Program-made: the position numbers and the translations under genes | Assembly (NCBI GenBank): GCA_037141795.1 | Contig: JBAXBV010000009.1 | Span: forward strand, 44,788 to 108,787 | DNA from: Betaproteobacteria bacterium | GTDB lineage: Bacteria > Pseudomonadota > Gammaproteobacteria > Burkholderiales > Ga0077523 | DNA: 64,000 nucleotides | Direction: 5' to 3' | Shown: positions 7,624 to 19,729 of the stretch, piece by piece | How the letters are laid out: each line of letters opens with the position of its first letter | Position numbering within the stretch: position 1 is the stretch's first letter | Notes under the pieces: model-generated | What the model saw: only the letters and a program-made list of their open reading frames with translations | What the model was told of the DNA's origin: nothing | Database searches by the model: none

Positions 7624-9717
7624 TCAGGCGGCCAGTCGCGAGATGTCCGCGACGCGGTTCATGAGGCGCTCCAGGCGGGCCAGCAGCGCAAGCCGGTTGT
7701 TGCGGACGAGAGGTTCGTCGGTCATCACCATTACCTCGTCGAAGAAGGCGTCCACCACTGGCCTGACGCCCGCCAGGCGCCGGAGCGCTTCCGTATAGTC
7801 CGCATTGTCCACGAGCGAGCCCACGCCGGGCTCAAGGGATGTCACGGCGGTGAAGAGGGCCTTCTCGGCTGCCTCCGGCATGAGCCCGACGTCCGGCTCT
7901 CCGGCGCCGACGTCCGCCTTGCGCAGGATATTGCGGATGCGCTTGTTGGCCGCCGCAAGGCTCTGGGCTTCCGGCAGTGCGAGAAAGGCGCGGACCGCCT
8001 CGACGCGCGGAATGACCTGATCGATGCGCGCCGGGTTCTGCGAGAGCACTGCGTCGATGGTTCCCGCTTCGAAGCCCCGCTCCCGCAGATAGTGGCGCAG
8101 CCGCTCCAGCATGAAGCCGATCAGGTCGATCGCGACGCTCTGCGAGACAGACTCGCCGGCGAACTGCGCCCTGGCGAGCTGGAGCAACTGGCTCAGGTCC
8201 AGCGGAAGCGGCAGTTCCACCAGCATGCGCAACACACCGAGGGCCGCCCGGCGCAGGCCGAAGGGGTCCTTGTCGCCCGTGGGAATCAGTCCGATTCCGA
8301 AGATGCCGGTGAGCGTGTCGAGCTTGTCGGCCAGGGCGACCGCGGCACCGATGTTGTCGCCGGGCAGGGTGTCGTTGGCGAAGCGCGGGTGGTAGTGGGC
8401 CTCGATGGCCCGGGCCACGGAGTCGTCCTCGCCGTCGTGGCGCGCGTAATACATACCCATGATGCCCTGCAATTCGGGAAACTCGCCCACCATGTCGGTC
8501 GCCAGATCGGCCTTGGCGAGCAGGGCTGCCCGCTCGGCGCGGTCCGCATCGGCCCCCAGCAGGCGGGCGATCTCTCCCGCCAGTCGGGTGAGGCGCCGAA
8601 CCCTCTCGAGCTGGCTGCCCAGCTTGTTGTGGTAGACCACGGCACCCAGCCTGTCCACCCGGGATTCCAGCGGGGCCTTGCGATCCTGATCGAAAAAGAA
8701 CTTGGCGTCCGCCAGACGGGCGCGCAGCACCCGTTCGTTGCCGCGCACGATGTCCGAAGGGTCGTCAGTGCGCAGGTTGGACACGATCAGGAAGTGCGGC
8801 AGCAGCCTGCCGGCCGCATCCACCATCGGGAAATACTTCTGGTGCTGCTTCATGGACAGGATCAGGCATTCCTGCGGCACCTCGAGAAAGGCCGGGTCGA
8901 ACTGGCCGGCGTAAACCACCGGATGTTCCACCAGCGCGGTCACTTCTTCCAGAAGGGCGGCGTGTTCGGCGAGGTGGGCCTGCCGGGCTCCTGCGGCAGC
9001 CTCGAGAGCATTGCGGATACGTTCGCGGCGCTGCCCGAAGCGGGGCACGACGGCGCCGTCACGTTCCAGCTGCGTTGCGTACGTGTCGGCGTCGTCGATG
9101 AGAAGACGCCTCTGCCCGAGGAAGCGGTGACCGGAGGTCTCGCGCCCCGCGACCAGGCCGAGCGCCTGTACCGGGACGATCTGCGCACCGTGCAGGGCCA
9201 CCAATCGGTGGGCGGGGCGCACGAAGTGCACATCACTGCCGTCCGGGCGCTGGTAGCGCATGACCTTCGGGATGGGCAACTGGGTGATGGCCTCGTCCAG
9301 GCTGGCCTGCAGGGCCTCGGACAGGGGCACGCCCGGGGCGATGAAGCTGTGGAACAGGCTTTCCTGCTTGCCGTCCGACGCTCGCTCCAGCGATGCCGGA
9401 TCCACGTGCGCGGCGCCGATGGCCGCCAGCTTCTTCACCAGTGCCTGGGTGGGCTTTCCCTCCGCATCGAAGGCCACCGTGAGGGGCAGCACCTTCTCCC
9501 TGCGGGGCTGGTCGGGAGACTTTTCCAGCACGCCCTCGACGTGCACGGCGAGGCGTCTGGGTGTGGCAAAGGATTGGACAACAGCGTCGGCGATGGCCAG
9601 GCCGCGCCGGCGCAGCCCGTCGGCAATCCTGTTCGCGAAGGCCTCACCGATGGCGGCCAGGGCTTTGGGGGGAAGCTCCTCGGTGAGGAGCTCGACCAGA
9701 AGGTTTCTTGCGGTCAT
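7624..9717 (-). CDS. glyS: Glycine--tRNA ligase beta subunit
   Basis: 697 aa. N-terminus LLVELLTEELPPKAL is characteristic of GlyS. It lies directly downstream of glyQ. Confidence 0.95.
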   Translation of the reverse strand: MTARNLLVELLTEELPPKALAAIGEAFANRIADGLRRRGLAIADAVVQSFATPRRLAVHVEGVLEKSPDQPRREKVLPLTVAFDAEGKPTQALVKKLAAIGAAHVDPASLERASDGKQESLFHSFIAPGVPLSEALQASLDEAITQLPIPKVMRYQRPDGSDVHFVRPAHRLVALHGAQIVPVQALGLVAGRETSGHRFLGQRRLLIDDADTYATQLERDGAVVPRFGQRRERIRNALEAAAGARQAHLAEHAALLEEVTALVEHPVVYAGQFDPAFLEVPQECLILSMKQHQKYFPMVDAAGRLLPHFLIVSNLRTDDPSDIVRGNERVLRARLADAKFFFDQDRKAPLESRVDRLGAVVYHNKLGSQLERVRRLTRLAGEIARLLGADADRAERAALLAKADLATDMVGEFPELQGIMGMYYARHDGEDDSVARAIEAHYHPRFANDTLPGDNIGAAVALADKLDTLTGIFGIGLIPTGDKDPFGLRRAALGVLRMLVELPLPLDLSQLLQLARAQFAGESVSQSVAIDLIGFMLERLRHYLRERGFEAGTIDAVLSQNPARIDQVIPRVEAVRAFLALPEAQSLAAANKRIRNILRKADVGAGEPDVGLMPEAAEKALFTAVTSLEPGVGSLVDNADYTEALRRLAGVRPVVDAFFDEVMVMTDEPLVRNNRLALLARLERLMNRVADISRLAA

Positions 9718-9739
9718 GTCTGGTGTCCCGGGCTATGGA

Positions 9740-10615
9740 TCAGGCGTGCTTCAGCATGGGGAAACCGAGGCGCTCGCGGGATTCGTGGTAGGCCTGGGCC
9801 ACCGCGCGGGCGAGGTTGCGGATTCGGCCGATGTAGCCCGCGCGCTCCGTCGTGGAGATGGCGCCCCGCGCGTCCAGCAGGTTGAAGGTATGGGCGCCCT
9901 TGAGAACCATCTCGTACCCGGGCAGCGGGAGCCCGGCCTCGATGAGGCGTCTTGCCTCCGTCTCGAAGGCGTTGAATTGCTGCAACAGCCAGGCGGCATT
10001 GGAGTGCTCGAAGTTGTAGGTGGACTGTTCCACCTCGTTCTGGTGATACACATCGCGGTAGGTGATGCCCGGCGTCCAGACGAGGTCGAACACGTTCTCC
10101 CGACCCTGTATGTACATGGCCAGGCGCTCGAGTCCATAGGTGATCTCGCCCAGCACCGGCTTGCAGTCCAGGCCGCCCACCTGCTGAAAGTAGGTGAACT
10201 GGGTCACCTCCATGCCGTTCAGCCATACTTCCCATCCGAGGCCCCACGCACCCAGCGTGGGATTTTCCCAGTCGTCCTCGACAAAGCGAATGTCATTGCG
10301 GCGTGGGTCGATGCCGATTGCCTCGAGGGAGCCCAGGTACAGGTCCAGGATGTTCTCCGGGGAAGGTTTCAGGACCACCTGATACTGGTAATAGTGCTGC
10401 AGACGGTTGGGATTGTCGCCGTAGCGACCGTCCTTGGGGCGCCGGGAAGGTTGCACGTAGGCCGCCTTCCAGGGCTCCGGTCCGAGGGCTCGCAGGAACG
10501 TGGCTGTGTGGGAAGTGCCGGCCCCGACCTCCATGTCGAAGGGCTGGAGCAGGGCGCAGCCCTGGCGGCCCCAGTAGTTCTGCAGGGTGAGAATCAGGTC
10601 CTGGAAGGTCAGCAT
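9740..10615 (-). CDS. glyQ: Glycine--tRNA ligase alpha subunit
   Basis: 291 aa. [34 protein letters not shown] is a near-invariant GlyQ N-terminus. Confidence 0.95.
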   Translation of the reverse strand: MLTFQDLILTLQNYWGRQGCALLQPFDMEVGAGTSHTATFLRALGPEPWKAAYVQPSRRPKDGRYGDNPNRLQHYYQYQVVLKPSPENILDLYLGSLEAIGIDPRRNDIRFVEDDWENPTLGAWGLGWEVWLNGMEVTQFTYFQQVGGLDCKPVLGEITYGLERLAMYIQGRENVFDLVWTPGITYRDVYHQNEVEQSTYNFEHSNAAWLLQQFNAFETEARRLIEAGLPLPGYEMVLKGAHTFNLLDARGAISTTERAGYIGRIRNLARAVAQAYHESRERLGFPMLKHA

Positions 10616-10766
10616 CGGGAAAATCTTGGAGGAGAAACCACGATTCTATCGGTGAACCTCCGTGATTGGCACCCGAGGAAGGGAGAGGTCCTGGGTCGCG
10701 GTCTCCCGACGCGGCCTGCGCGGGCAACGGGTTTATACTCGCCGCACATCCAAGAGGAGGTTCGAC

Positions 10767-12539
10767 ATGGCTACAGCAATGGCCCATCCGGAGCCGCGCC
10801 CGATGACCACGGAGGAGAAGAAGGTCATTTTCGCGTCCTCGCTCGGCACCGTGTTCGAGTGGTACGACTTCTATCTTTACGGGTCACTGGCGGCCATCAT
10901 CGCCAAGCAGTTCTTCTCGGGCCTCGACGAGGGTTCCGCGTTCATCTTCGCGCTGCTCGCCTTTGCGGCGGGCTTCATCGTGCGGCCCTTCGGCGCCCTG
11001 GTATTCGGGCGCCTCGGCGACATGATCGGCCGGAAGTACACGTTCCTGGTCACCATCCTGATCATGGGCCTGTCGACCTTCATCGTGGGCATTCTGCCGA
11101 GTTACGCGAGCATCGGGGTTGCTGCGCCGATTCTGCTCATCGGCCTGCGCCTGCTCCAGGGGCTGGCCCTGGGGGGTGAATACGGTGGCGCCGCGACCTA
11201 CGTGGCAGAGCATGCGCCGCACGGCAAGCGGGGAGCCTATACGTCCTGGATTCAGACCACCGCGACGCTGGGCCTGTTCCTGTCCCTTCTCGTGATCCTG
11301 GGAACCCGCACCGCGCTCGGGGAGGAGACCTTCGCGAGCTGGGGCTGGCGCGTGCCGTTCCTGGTGTCGATCCTGCTGCTCGGGGTGTCTGTATACATCC
11401 GGCTCAGCATGAACGAGTCGCCCGCGTTCCAGAAGATGAAGGACGAGGGCAAGACTTCCCAGGCACCGCTGCGGGAGAGCTTCGGCCAGTGGAAGAACCT
11501 CAGGATCGTGATCCTCGCGCTCATCGGCCTCACTGCGGGGCAGGCGGTCGTCTGGTACTCCGGTCAGTTCTATGCCCTGTTCTTCCTGACCCAGTCCCTG
11601 AAGGTCGATGGCCCTACGGCGAACATCCTGGTGGCGGTCGCGCTGCTGATCGGTACCCCCTTCTTCATCGTCTTCGGCAGCCTCTCCGACCGAATCGGCC
11701 GCAAGCCGATCATCCTGCTGGGATGCCTGCTGGCGGTCTTCACCTACTTCCCCGTGTTCAAGATGCTGACCGAGGCCGGCAACCCTGACCTTGCGAAAGC
11801 GCAAGACTCCGCCAAGGTCCTGGTCACGGCGGATCCGGCCGAATGTTCATTCCAGTTCAACCCCACCGGCACCAAGAAATTCACCTCGTCCTGTGACATA
11901 GCCAAGCAGAAGCTTGCGAGCGCTTCGGTGAGCTACGACAACGTGGCTGCGCCCGCCGGCACGCCAGCGACCATATCCGTCGGCGAGAAGGTGGTGAGCA
12001 CGGTGGTGACGCCCGAGGAGATCGCGGCCGCGAAGGTGGTCGCCGAGTCCAGGCTGGCCGATCTCAAGGCGACGCCGGCACCGGATGCCAAGGCCCTTGC
12101 CGCCGCGACCGACAGCATGAAGAAACTCAGCGAGGCCAAGACTGCAAAGGACGCGGTGCTGACCGCAAGATTGAAGGCGGAACTCAAGGCTGCAGGTTAT
12201 CCGGACAAGGCGGATCCCGCCAAGGTCGACAAGGTCAAGATCGTCGCGTTGCTCGCCTATCTGCTCATTCTGGTGACCATGGTTTATGGTCCGATCGCGG
12301 CAATGCTCGTGGAACTGTTTCCGACCCGCATCCGCTACACCTCGATGAGCCTGCCCTACCACATCGGCAACGGATGGTTCGGAGGACTTCTCCCCACCAC
12401 AGCGTTCGCGATCGTGGCGCAGACCGGCAACATGTACAACGGCCTCTGGTATCCGATCGTCATTGCCGCGGTCACCTTCGTGATCGGCTTCCTGTTCGTG
12501 CCGGAGACCAAGGACGTCGACATCTACGCCGACGATTGA
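10767..12539 (+). CDS. MFS transporter, metabolite:H+ symporter (MHS) type, with a large insert between TM9 and TM10
   Basis: The ATG at 10767 lies 6 nt after AGGAGG. FEWYDFYLYG and GRLGDMIGRK motifs are typical of MHS. I count 12 hydrophobic helices by eye, with a ~155-aa hydrophilic segment encoded at 11772..12240. Confidence 0.85.
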   Translation: MATAMAHPEPRPMTTEEKKVIFASSLGTVFEWYDFYLYGSLAAIIAKQFFSGLDEGSAFIFALLAFAAGFIVRPFGALVFGRLGDMIGRKYTFLVTILIMGLSTFIVGILPSYASIGVAAPILLIGLRLLQGLALGGEYGGAATYVAEHAPHGKRGAYTSWIQTTATLGLFLSLLVILGTRTALGEETFASWGWRVPFLVSILLLGVSVYIRLSMNESPAFQKMKDEGKTSQAPLRESFGQWKNLRIVILALIGLTAGQAVVWYSGQFYALFFLTQSLKVDGPTANILVAVALLIGTPFFIVFGSLSDRIGRKPIILLGCLLAVFTYFPVFKMLTEAGNPDLAKAQDSAKVLVTADPAECSFQFNPTGTKKFTSSCDIAKQKLASASVSYDNVAAPAGTPATISVGEKVVSTVVTPEEIAAAKVVAESRLADLKATPAPDAKALAAATDSMKKLSEAKTAKDAVLTARLKAELKAAGYPDKADPAKVDKVKIVALLAYLLILVTMVYGPIAAMLVELFPTRIRYTSMSLPYHIGNGWFGGLLPTTAFAIVAQTGNMYNGLWYPIVIAAVTFVIGFLFVPETKDVDIYADD

Positions 12540-12630
12540 CGGGATTCCGGCGAGTGATCGCAGGCGCTGCCGGTGCGCCGGCGTCGGCCGGATCTTCCCG
12601 GTAGTGCTTGGTTTCCCGAAGCCGGAAAAG

Positions 12631-12658
12631 AAAATGCCCCGCACTGGCGGGGCATTTT
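12631..12658. terminator. Bidirectional rho-independent terminator between the MFS gene and groEL
   Basis: Perfect 12-bp stem AAAATGCCCCGC-ACTG-GCGGGGCATTTT. It is flanked by an A-run upstream and a T-run downstream, so it yields a U-tract on either strand. It sits between convergent genes. Confidence 0.8.
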
Positions 12659-12680
12659 GCTTGCTGCGGGACTGCCTGGA

Positions 12681-14655
<1,975 letters not shown>

Positions 14656-14704
14656 TTGCCTATCTCCTTGAAAAACGGGCAGTTGTTGACATTCCGACGA
14701 ACGG

Positions 14705-14731
14705 TTAGCACTCACCGTTCGAGACTGCTGA
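14705..14731 (-). promoter_or_regulatory. CIRCE-like inverted repeat (HrcA operator) in the groES leader
   Basis: The forward strand reads TTAGCACTC-N9-GACTGCTGA, against the consensus TTAGCACTC-N9-GAGTGCTAA. One arm is perfect and the other matches 7/9. It lies between the putative -10 and the groES start. Confidence 0.6.
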
Positions 14732-14760
14732 TTATGGGGGCTGAGGATTCACGGGACAAG
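14731..14760 (-). promoter_or_regulatory. Sigma-32-type heat-shock promoter for groESL
   Basis: The minus strand reads CTTGTCC-N13/14-CCCCATAAT, against the consensus CTTGAAA-N13-15-CCCCATNT. It lies about 75-105 nt upstream of groES. Confidence 0.55.
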
Positions 14761-14891
14761 GGGGGGCGTCGTGTTTTCGGGCCTCGGGTTCCCGGTTACC
14801 CGGCGACGGGTCTTGCGGCGGTGCGATGACGCTATACTCTGTTCTCTTGCTACCCCGAGCGGCCGCCACTGGCGACGTCGCCCAGACACCC

Positions 14892-16058
<1,167 letters not shown>

Positions 16059-16069
16059 GAGATCCACGC

Positions 16070-16951
16070 ATGTCCATTCTCATCAACGGAAATACCCGGG
16101 TCATCACCCAGGGGATTACTGGCAAGACTGGCCAGTTTCACACCCGCATGTGCCGGGACTATGCCAACGGTCGCGAGTGTTTCGTCGCCGGGGTGAATCC
16201 ATCCAAGGCGGGTCAGGATTTCGACGGCATTCCCATCTTCGCGTCGGTCCGGGATGCGAAATCGGCGACTGGCGCCAATGCATCCGTCATCTATGTGCCA
16301 CCGGCCGGCGCCGCGAGCGCGATCTGGGAGGCTGTCGAGGCGGATCTTGACCTCGTGATCTGCATCACGGAAGGCATCCCGGTGCGAGATATGGTGGAGG
16401 TGCGCGACCGGATGCGAAAGGAGGGTCGCAGGACCGTTCTGGTGGGCCCCAATTGCCCGGGGGTCATCACACCGGATGAGATCAAGATCGGGATCATGCC
16501 CGGTCACATTCACCGCAGGGGCCGCATCGGCGTCGTGTCCCGCTCGGGCACCCTAACCTACGAGGCGGTCGGCCAGTTGACCGAACTCGGCCTCGGCCAG
16601 TCGTCGGCTGTCGGCATCGGCGGGGATCCCGTGAACGGGCTGAAGCATGTGGATGTGCTCCGGCTGTTCAACGACGATCCGGACACCGACGCGGTGGTCA
16701 TGATCGGCGAGATCGGCGGGTCCGACGAGGAAACAGCCGCACTCTGGGCGAAGGACAACATGAAGAAGCCGGTGGTGGGATTCATCGCGGGTGTCACCGC
16801 GCCCCCCGGCAAACGCATGGGCCATGCCGGGGCGATCATTTCCGGTGGCAAGGGGACCGCCAGGGAAAAGCTCGAGGTGATGGAGGCCTGCGGCATCCGG
16901 GTGACCCGCAACCCGGCCGAGATGGGCTCCCTTCTCAAGAGCGTTCTCTGA
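16070..16951 (+). CDS. sucD: Succinate--CoA ligase alpha subunit
   Basis: [33 protein letters not shown], and catalytic-His motif MGHAGAII. It starts 11 nt after sucC. Confidence 0.95.
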   Translation: MSILINGNTRVITQGITGKTGQFHTRMCRDYANGRECFVAGVNPSKAGQDFDGIPIFASVRDAKSATGANASVIYVPPAGAASAIWEAVEADLDLVICITEGIPVRDMVEVRDRMRKEGRRTVLVGPNCPGVITPDEIKIGIMPGHIHRRGRIGVVSRSGTLTYEAVGQLTELGLGQSSAVGIGGDPVNGLKHVDVLRLFNDDPDTDAVVMIGEIGGSDEETAALWAKDNMKKPVVGFIAGVTAPPGKRMGHAGAIISGGKGTAREKLEVMEACGIRVTRNPAEMGSLLKSVL

Positions 16952-16965
16952 AGCGGGGCGGCCCG

Positions 16966-17394
16966 ATGCGCAAGGTGCTCGTCCCTGTCGATGGATCGGA
17001 CAATGCGCTGCGTGCCCTGCGCCATGTCATCGCGGAAGCGGCCTCGTTCCGCGAACCATCCTGCCTGGTGCTGGTGAATGTCCAGGCCCCCGTCGCCTCG
17101 GGTGCCGTGAGGATGTTCATTGCGCCCGGTCAGATCGATGACTTCCATCGAGAGGAGGGCGAGGCCTCTCTGGCGGCGGCCCGGGACCTCGCGGCGTCGT
17201 CGGGGCTCGCCGTGGAGCATCACATTCTGGTCGGTGATGCCGCCGAAAGCATCGCCCGGATCGCGCGGGAGTCCGGCTGCCAGCTCATCGCCATGGGGAC
17301 CCGGGGGCTTGGAACCGTTTCGGGGATGATGCTCGGCTCGGTAGCCCACAAGGTGGTTCATCTGTCCGAGGTGCCCGTCCTGCTGGTCCGCTAA
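16966..17394 (+). CDS. Universal stress protein (UspA family)
   Basis: 142 aa. VLVPVDGS.. N-terminus and ATP-binding motif MGTRGLGTVSGMMLGSVAHKV. It starts 14 nt after sucD. Confidence 0.85.
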   Translation: MRKVLVPVDGSDNALRALRHVIAEAASFREPSCLVLVNVQAPVASGAVRMFIAPGQIDDFHREEGEASLAAARDLAASSGLAVEHHILVGDAAESIARIARESGCQLIAMGTRGLGTVSGMMLGSVAHKVVHLSEVPVLLVR

Positions 17395-17643
17395 TCCGCA
17401 GGTTTGACCGGGTCGCGGAGTGATGGCGAGGGGGCTTGCCAGCCCGGATGTTTCACCAGTTCGGCCTCGAAAATGGGCGGCGCACTGACACCCGTCGGGT
17501 TTGCCGTGAGCTGCCCTTCCGCACGAATTGGTCTGCCGGCCTCCACGGGCGCCGGCGGGCGCCTTGCGGTCATCCCGCGCCCTCGCTTCGCGCCGAGCCA
17601 ACAGCGGGGCCTGGCAAGAAATGCGGGCTGCGGCGGGGATCTG

Positions 17644-18957
17644 TCAGGCGCGGTTGAGGTCAGTGCCCTCCCCGGGCCCGGACACGATGCGCAGTTCCCG
17701 CTTCTCCAGGCGGTCCACGAGTATCCGCATGAAGGCGCGGCTGAACTGCATCTGCAGGGCGTCCGACGCCAGCCGCAGGGCTTCGAAGGGAACCTCCATG
17801 GCCAGGCAGGGAGCCGCCGTGCGGATGGTCGTCGTGCGCAGCCCGGAGGGTGATTCGAAGTAGAGAATGTCGCCGAAGCAGTGCCCCGCCTCGAGCGTGT
17901 CGAGGATGCGCCCCTGCCGGGAGACTTCCACGGTTCCCCGGGTCAGAACGAAGAATCCGGCCGCTGACTCACCCTCGCGGAGGATGAATTGACCGGCCTC
18001 GATGCGACTCCAGCGGGCGACCCGCAACATCTCCCAGAGATCGACGTCACGGAAATCCTGGAACAGACCAAGCTTGCGCACCGCCGTGAACTTCTCCATG
18101 TCCGACACCGGATCCTCCGGCAGCGAGACATTCTGGAATGCCTGCGCGAGGTCGCGGCTGAAATCGATCCAGTGGGGATAACGGTCGTCGCGGGACTTTG
18201 CCAGGGCCCGCATCACGATGCTGTCCAGGTCCCCGGAGATGCCATGCCGGAACTGCGACGGGGGTGGCGGTTCGATGTTCACGACCTGATAGAGCAGGCT
18301 GGCGCGGCTCGACCCCTGGAAGGGCAACCGACCGGTCAGCAACTGATACATGACGACCCCCAGCGAGTAGATGTCCGTCTGATGGTTGACCTGTCGTTCC
18401 TGCACCTGTTCAGGTGACATGTAGGCCGGAGATCCGACTCCCGTCAGAAAAGTGTGCTGGGCCTGTCCGAAGTAGGATGCGCCGAAATCCGAGACCTTGA
18501 TGTCCGAGGTTCCGCTTATCAGGATGTTCGCCGGCTTGATGTCGCAGTGGATGACGCCCTGCCGGTGCGCGTAGTCCAGAGCGACGCTCGCCTTGAAAAG
18601 GATCTCGACGACCCTCTCCAGGGGGAGAAGCGTCGCCGGATCGCAGTACTGCTCCAGCGTTCCGCCGTCGACGAGTTCCATTACGATGTAGCTCATCGTG
18701 TCGTCCGTGGCCGCGTCGTAGATCGCTGCGATGTGGGGGTGGTTCAGCCGGCCGGCCAGCGCCGCCTCGTTCATGAAGACCCTCTGGTAGCGCCGCTGCA
18801 GATCGTCATCGGCATCGCCGGCTGACTTGACCACCTTGATGGCGACCCTGCGCTCGTGGAATGCGTCCTCTGCCAGATACACGTGACTCGTGGCGCCACG
18901 GCCGATTTCCCGGATCACACGGTACTTCCCGATCATTTCGGGGTTGATGTCGGACAT
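17644..18957 (-). CDS. Hanks-type Ser/Thr protein kinase fused to a C-terminal cyclic-nucleotide-binding (CAP effector) domain
   Basis: Kinase motifs: GRGATSHVY, VAIKVV, HCDIKPANIL, DFG, SPAYMSPE. C-terminal cNMP-domain pattern: EAGQFILREGESAAGFFVLTRGTVEV...GHCFGD...RTTTIRTAAP. The ATG at 18957 avoids overlap with the upstream GST gene. Confidence 0.8.
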   Translation of the reverse strand: MSDINPEMIGKYRVIREIGRGATSHVYLAEDAFHERRVAIKVVKSAGDADDDLQRRYQRVFMNEAALAGRLNHPHIAAIYDAATDDTMSYIVMELVDGGTLEQYCDPATLLPLERVVEILFKASVALDYAHRQGVIHCDIKPANILISGTSDIKVSDFGASYFGQAQHTFLTGVGSPAYMSPEQVQERQVNHQTDIYSLGVVMYQLLTGRLPFQGSSRASLLYQVVNIEPPPPSQFRHGISGDLDSIVMRALAKSRDDRYPHWIDFSRDLAQAFQNVSLPEDPVSDMEKFTAVRKLGLFQDFRDVDLWEMLRVARWSRIEAGQFILREGESAAGFFVLTRGTVEVSRQGRILDTLEAGHCFGDILYFESPSGLRTTTIRTAAPCLAMEVPFEALRLASDALQMQFSRAFMRILVDRLEKRELRIVSGPGEGTDLNRA

Positions 18958-19055
18958 GGCTGAGAGTCGGATGACCTGTAGGCTGCCGGCGGGTCGCCGG
19001 ATCTCGAGGGTTACGGCCGCAGTCGACCGGACTTGAGTCGCCAGCAGGCGAAAGA

Positions 19056-19679
19056 TCAGTTGAGAAAGGGGACCGTCATTCCAGCTACCACGGCGGGACG
19101 CGCGCCGATCTTCAGGAACCATCTCTGGACATTGGGGAATCCGTCGAGGTCGATCCTGTGCCAGGAATGCCGAGCGATCCAGGGGAACGTGGCCATGTCG
19201 GCAATTGAATACTCATCGGCCAGAAACTCGTGCTTTGCCAGATGCTGGTCCAGGACTCCGTACAGGCGTCGAGCCTCCTGCGTGTACCGGTCGATCGCGT
19301 AGGGAACCGGTTCCGGCGCGGCGCGCAGGAAATGATGGGCCTGACCCAGCATGGGACCCACGCCACCCATCTGGAACATCAGCCACTGCAGTACCTCCCA
19401 GCGCTGTCGTGGCTTCTCCGGCAGGAATCGTCCTGTCTTGCCGGCGAGGTAGACCAGGATTGCGCCGGATTCAAAAAGTGCAAAGGGCTCGCCATCGGGG
19501 CCATCGTCGTCCACGACCGCAGGGATCTTCCCGTTCGGGCAGATGGCCAGGAATGCCGGGTCGAACTGCCCCCTCTTTCCGATATCGACCGGATGGGTCC
19601 GGTAGGGAAGAGCGCACTCCTCCAGCATGATGGAAACCTTGCGCCCGTTGGGCGTGCCCCACGTATACAGATCGATCAT
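19056..19679 (-). CDS. Glutathione S-transferase, Nu class (YfcG-like disulfide-bond reductase)
   Basis: Colinear with E. coli YfcG as I recall it: MIDLY..TPNG.K....EE..L.Y....V.....QF.P.FL.I.PN.KIPA.VD, FESGAIL.YLA.KTG, GG.GPMLGQ.HHF, PYAI.RY. Confidence 0.85.
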   Translation of the reverse strand: MIDLYTWGTPNGRKVSIMLEECALPYRTHPVDIGKRGQFDPAFLAICPNGKIPAVVDDDGPDGEPFALFESGAILVYLAGKTGRFLPEKPRQRWEVLQWLMFQMGGVGPMLGQAHHFLRAAPEPVPYAIDRYTQEARRLYGVLDQHLAKHEFLADEYSIADMATFPWIARHSWHRIDLDGFPNVQRWFLKIGARPAVVAGMTVPFLN

Positions 19680-19729
19680 CGTCGTTCTCCACGCCGGCGA
19701 TGCCGGCAAGATGAAAAGCCTTCCCTCGT

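Noticed and set aside
7438-9885. Very long ORFs antisense to, or out of frame with, recognised genes. This 815-aa example lies opposite glyS. Others: 180..1892, 3712..5496, 12573..14342, 14850..16067, 20294..21643, 26304..28967, 33983..35761, 36586..37953, 37890..39584, 39550..42291, 45221..46633, 46847..48157, 51813..53282, 54162..56171, 57269..58534, 58374..61580.
   Set aside because: The translations are Arg/Gly/Pro/Ala/His-rich low-complexity strings with no family motifs. Each lies exactly over a CDS with unmistakable signatures in another frame or on the other strand. Stop-free alternative frames of this length are expected at this GC content.
14826-14838. A sigma-70 promoter for sucCD (TATACT at 14833-38).
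   Set aside because: The -10 is good, but the best -35 candidate (TTGCGG) is only 14 nt away. No acceptable -35 lies at 16-18 nt, so the call is not supportable from sequence alone.
17391-17573. A 60-aa minus-strand ORF (MTARRPPAPVEAGRPIRAEGQLTANPTGVSAPPIFEAELVKHPGWQ...) 70 nt downstream of the kinase gene.
   Set aside because: I counted 19 of 60 third positions as A/T, which looks less G/C-biased than the real genes read by eye. It has no SD and no recognisable motif, and its stop overlaps the convergent usp stop. It could still be a small protein, but the evidence is insufficient.
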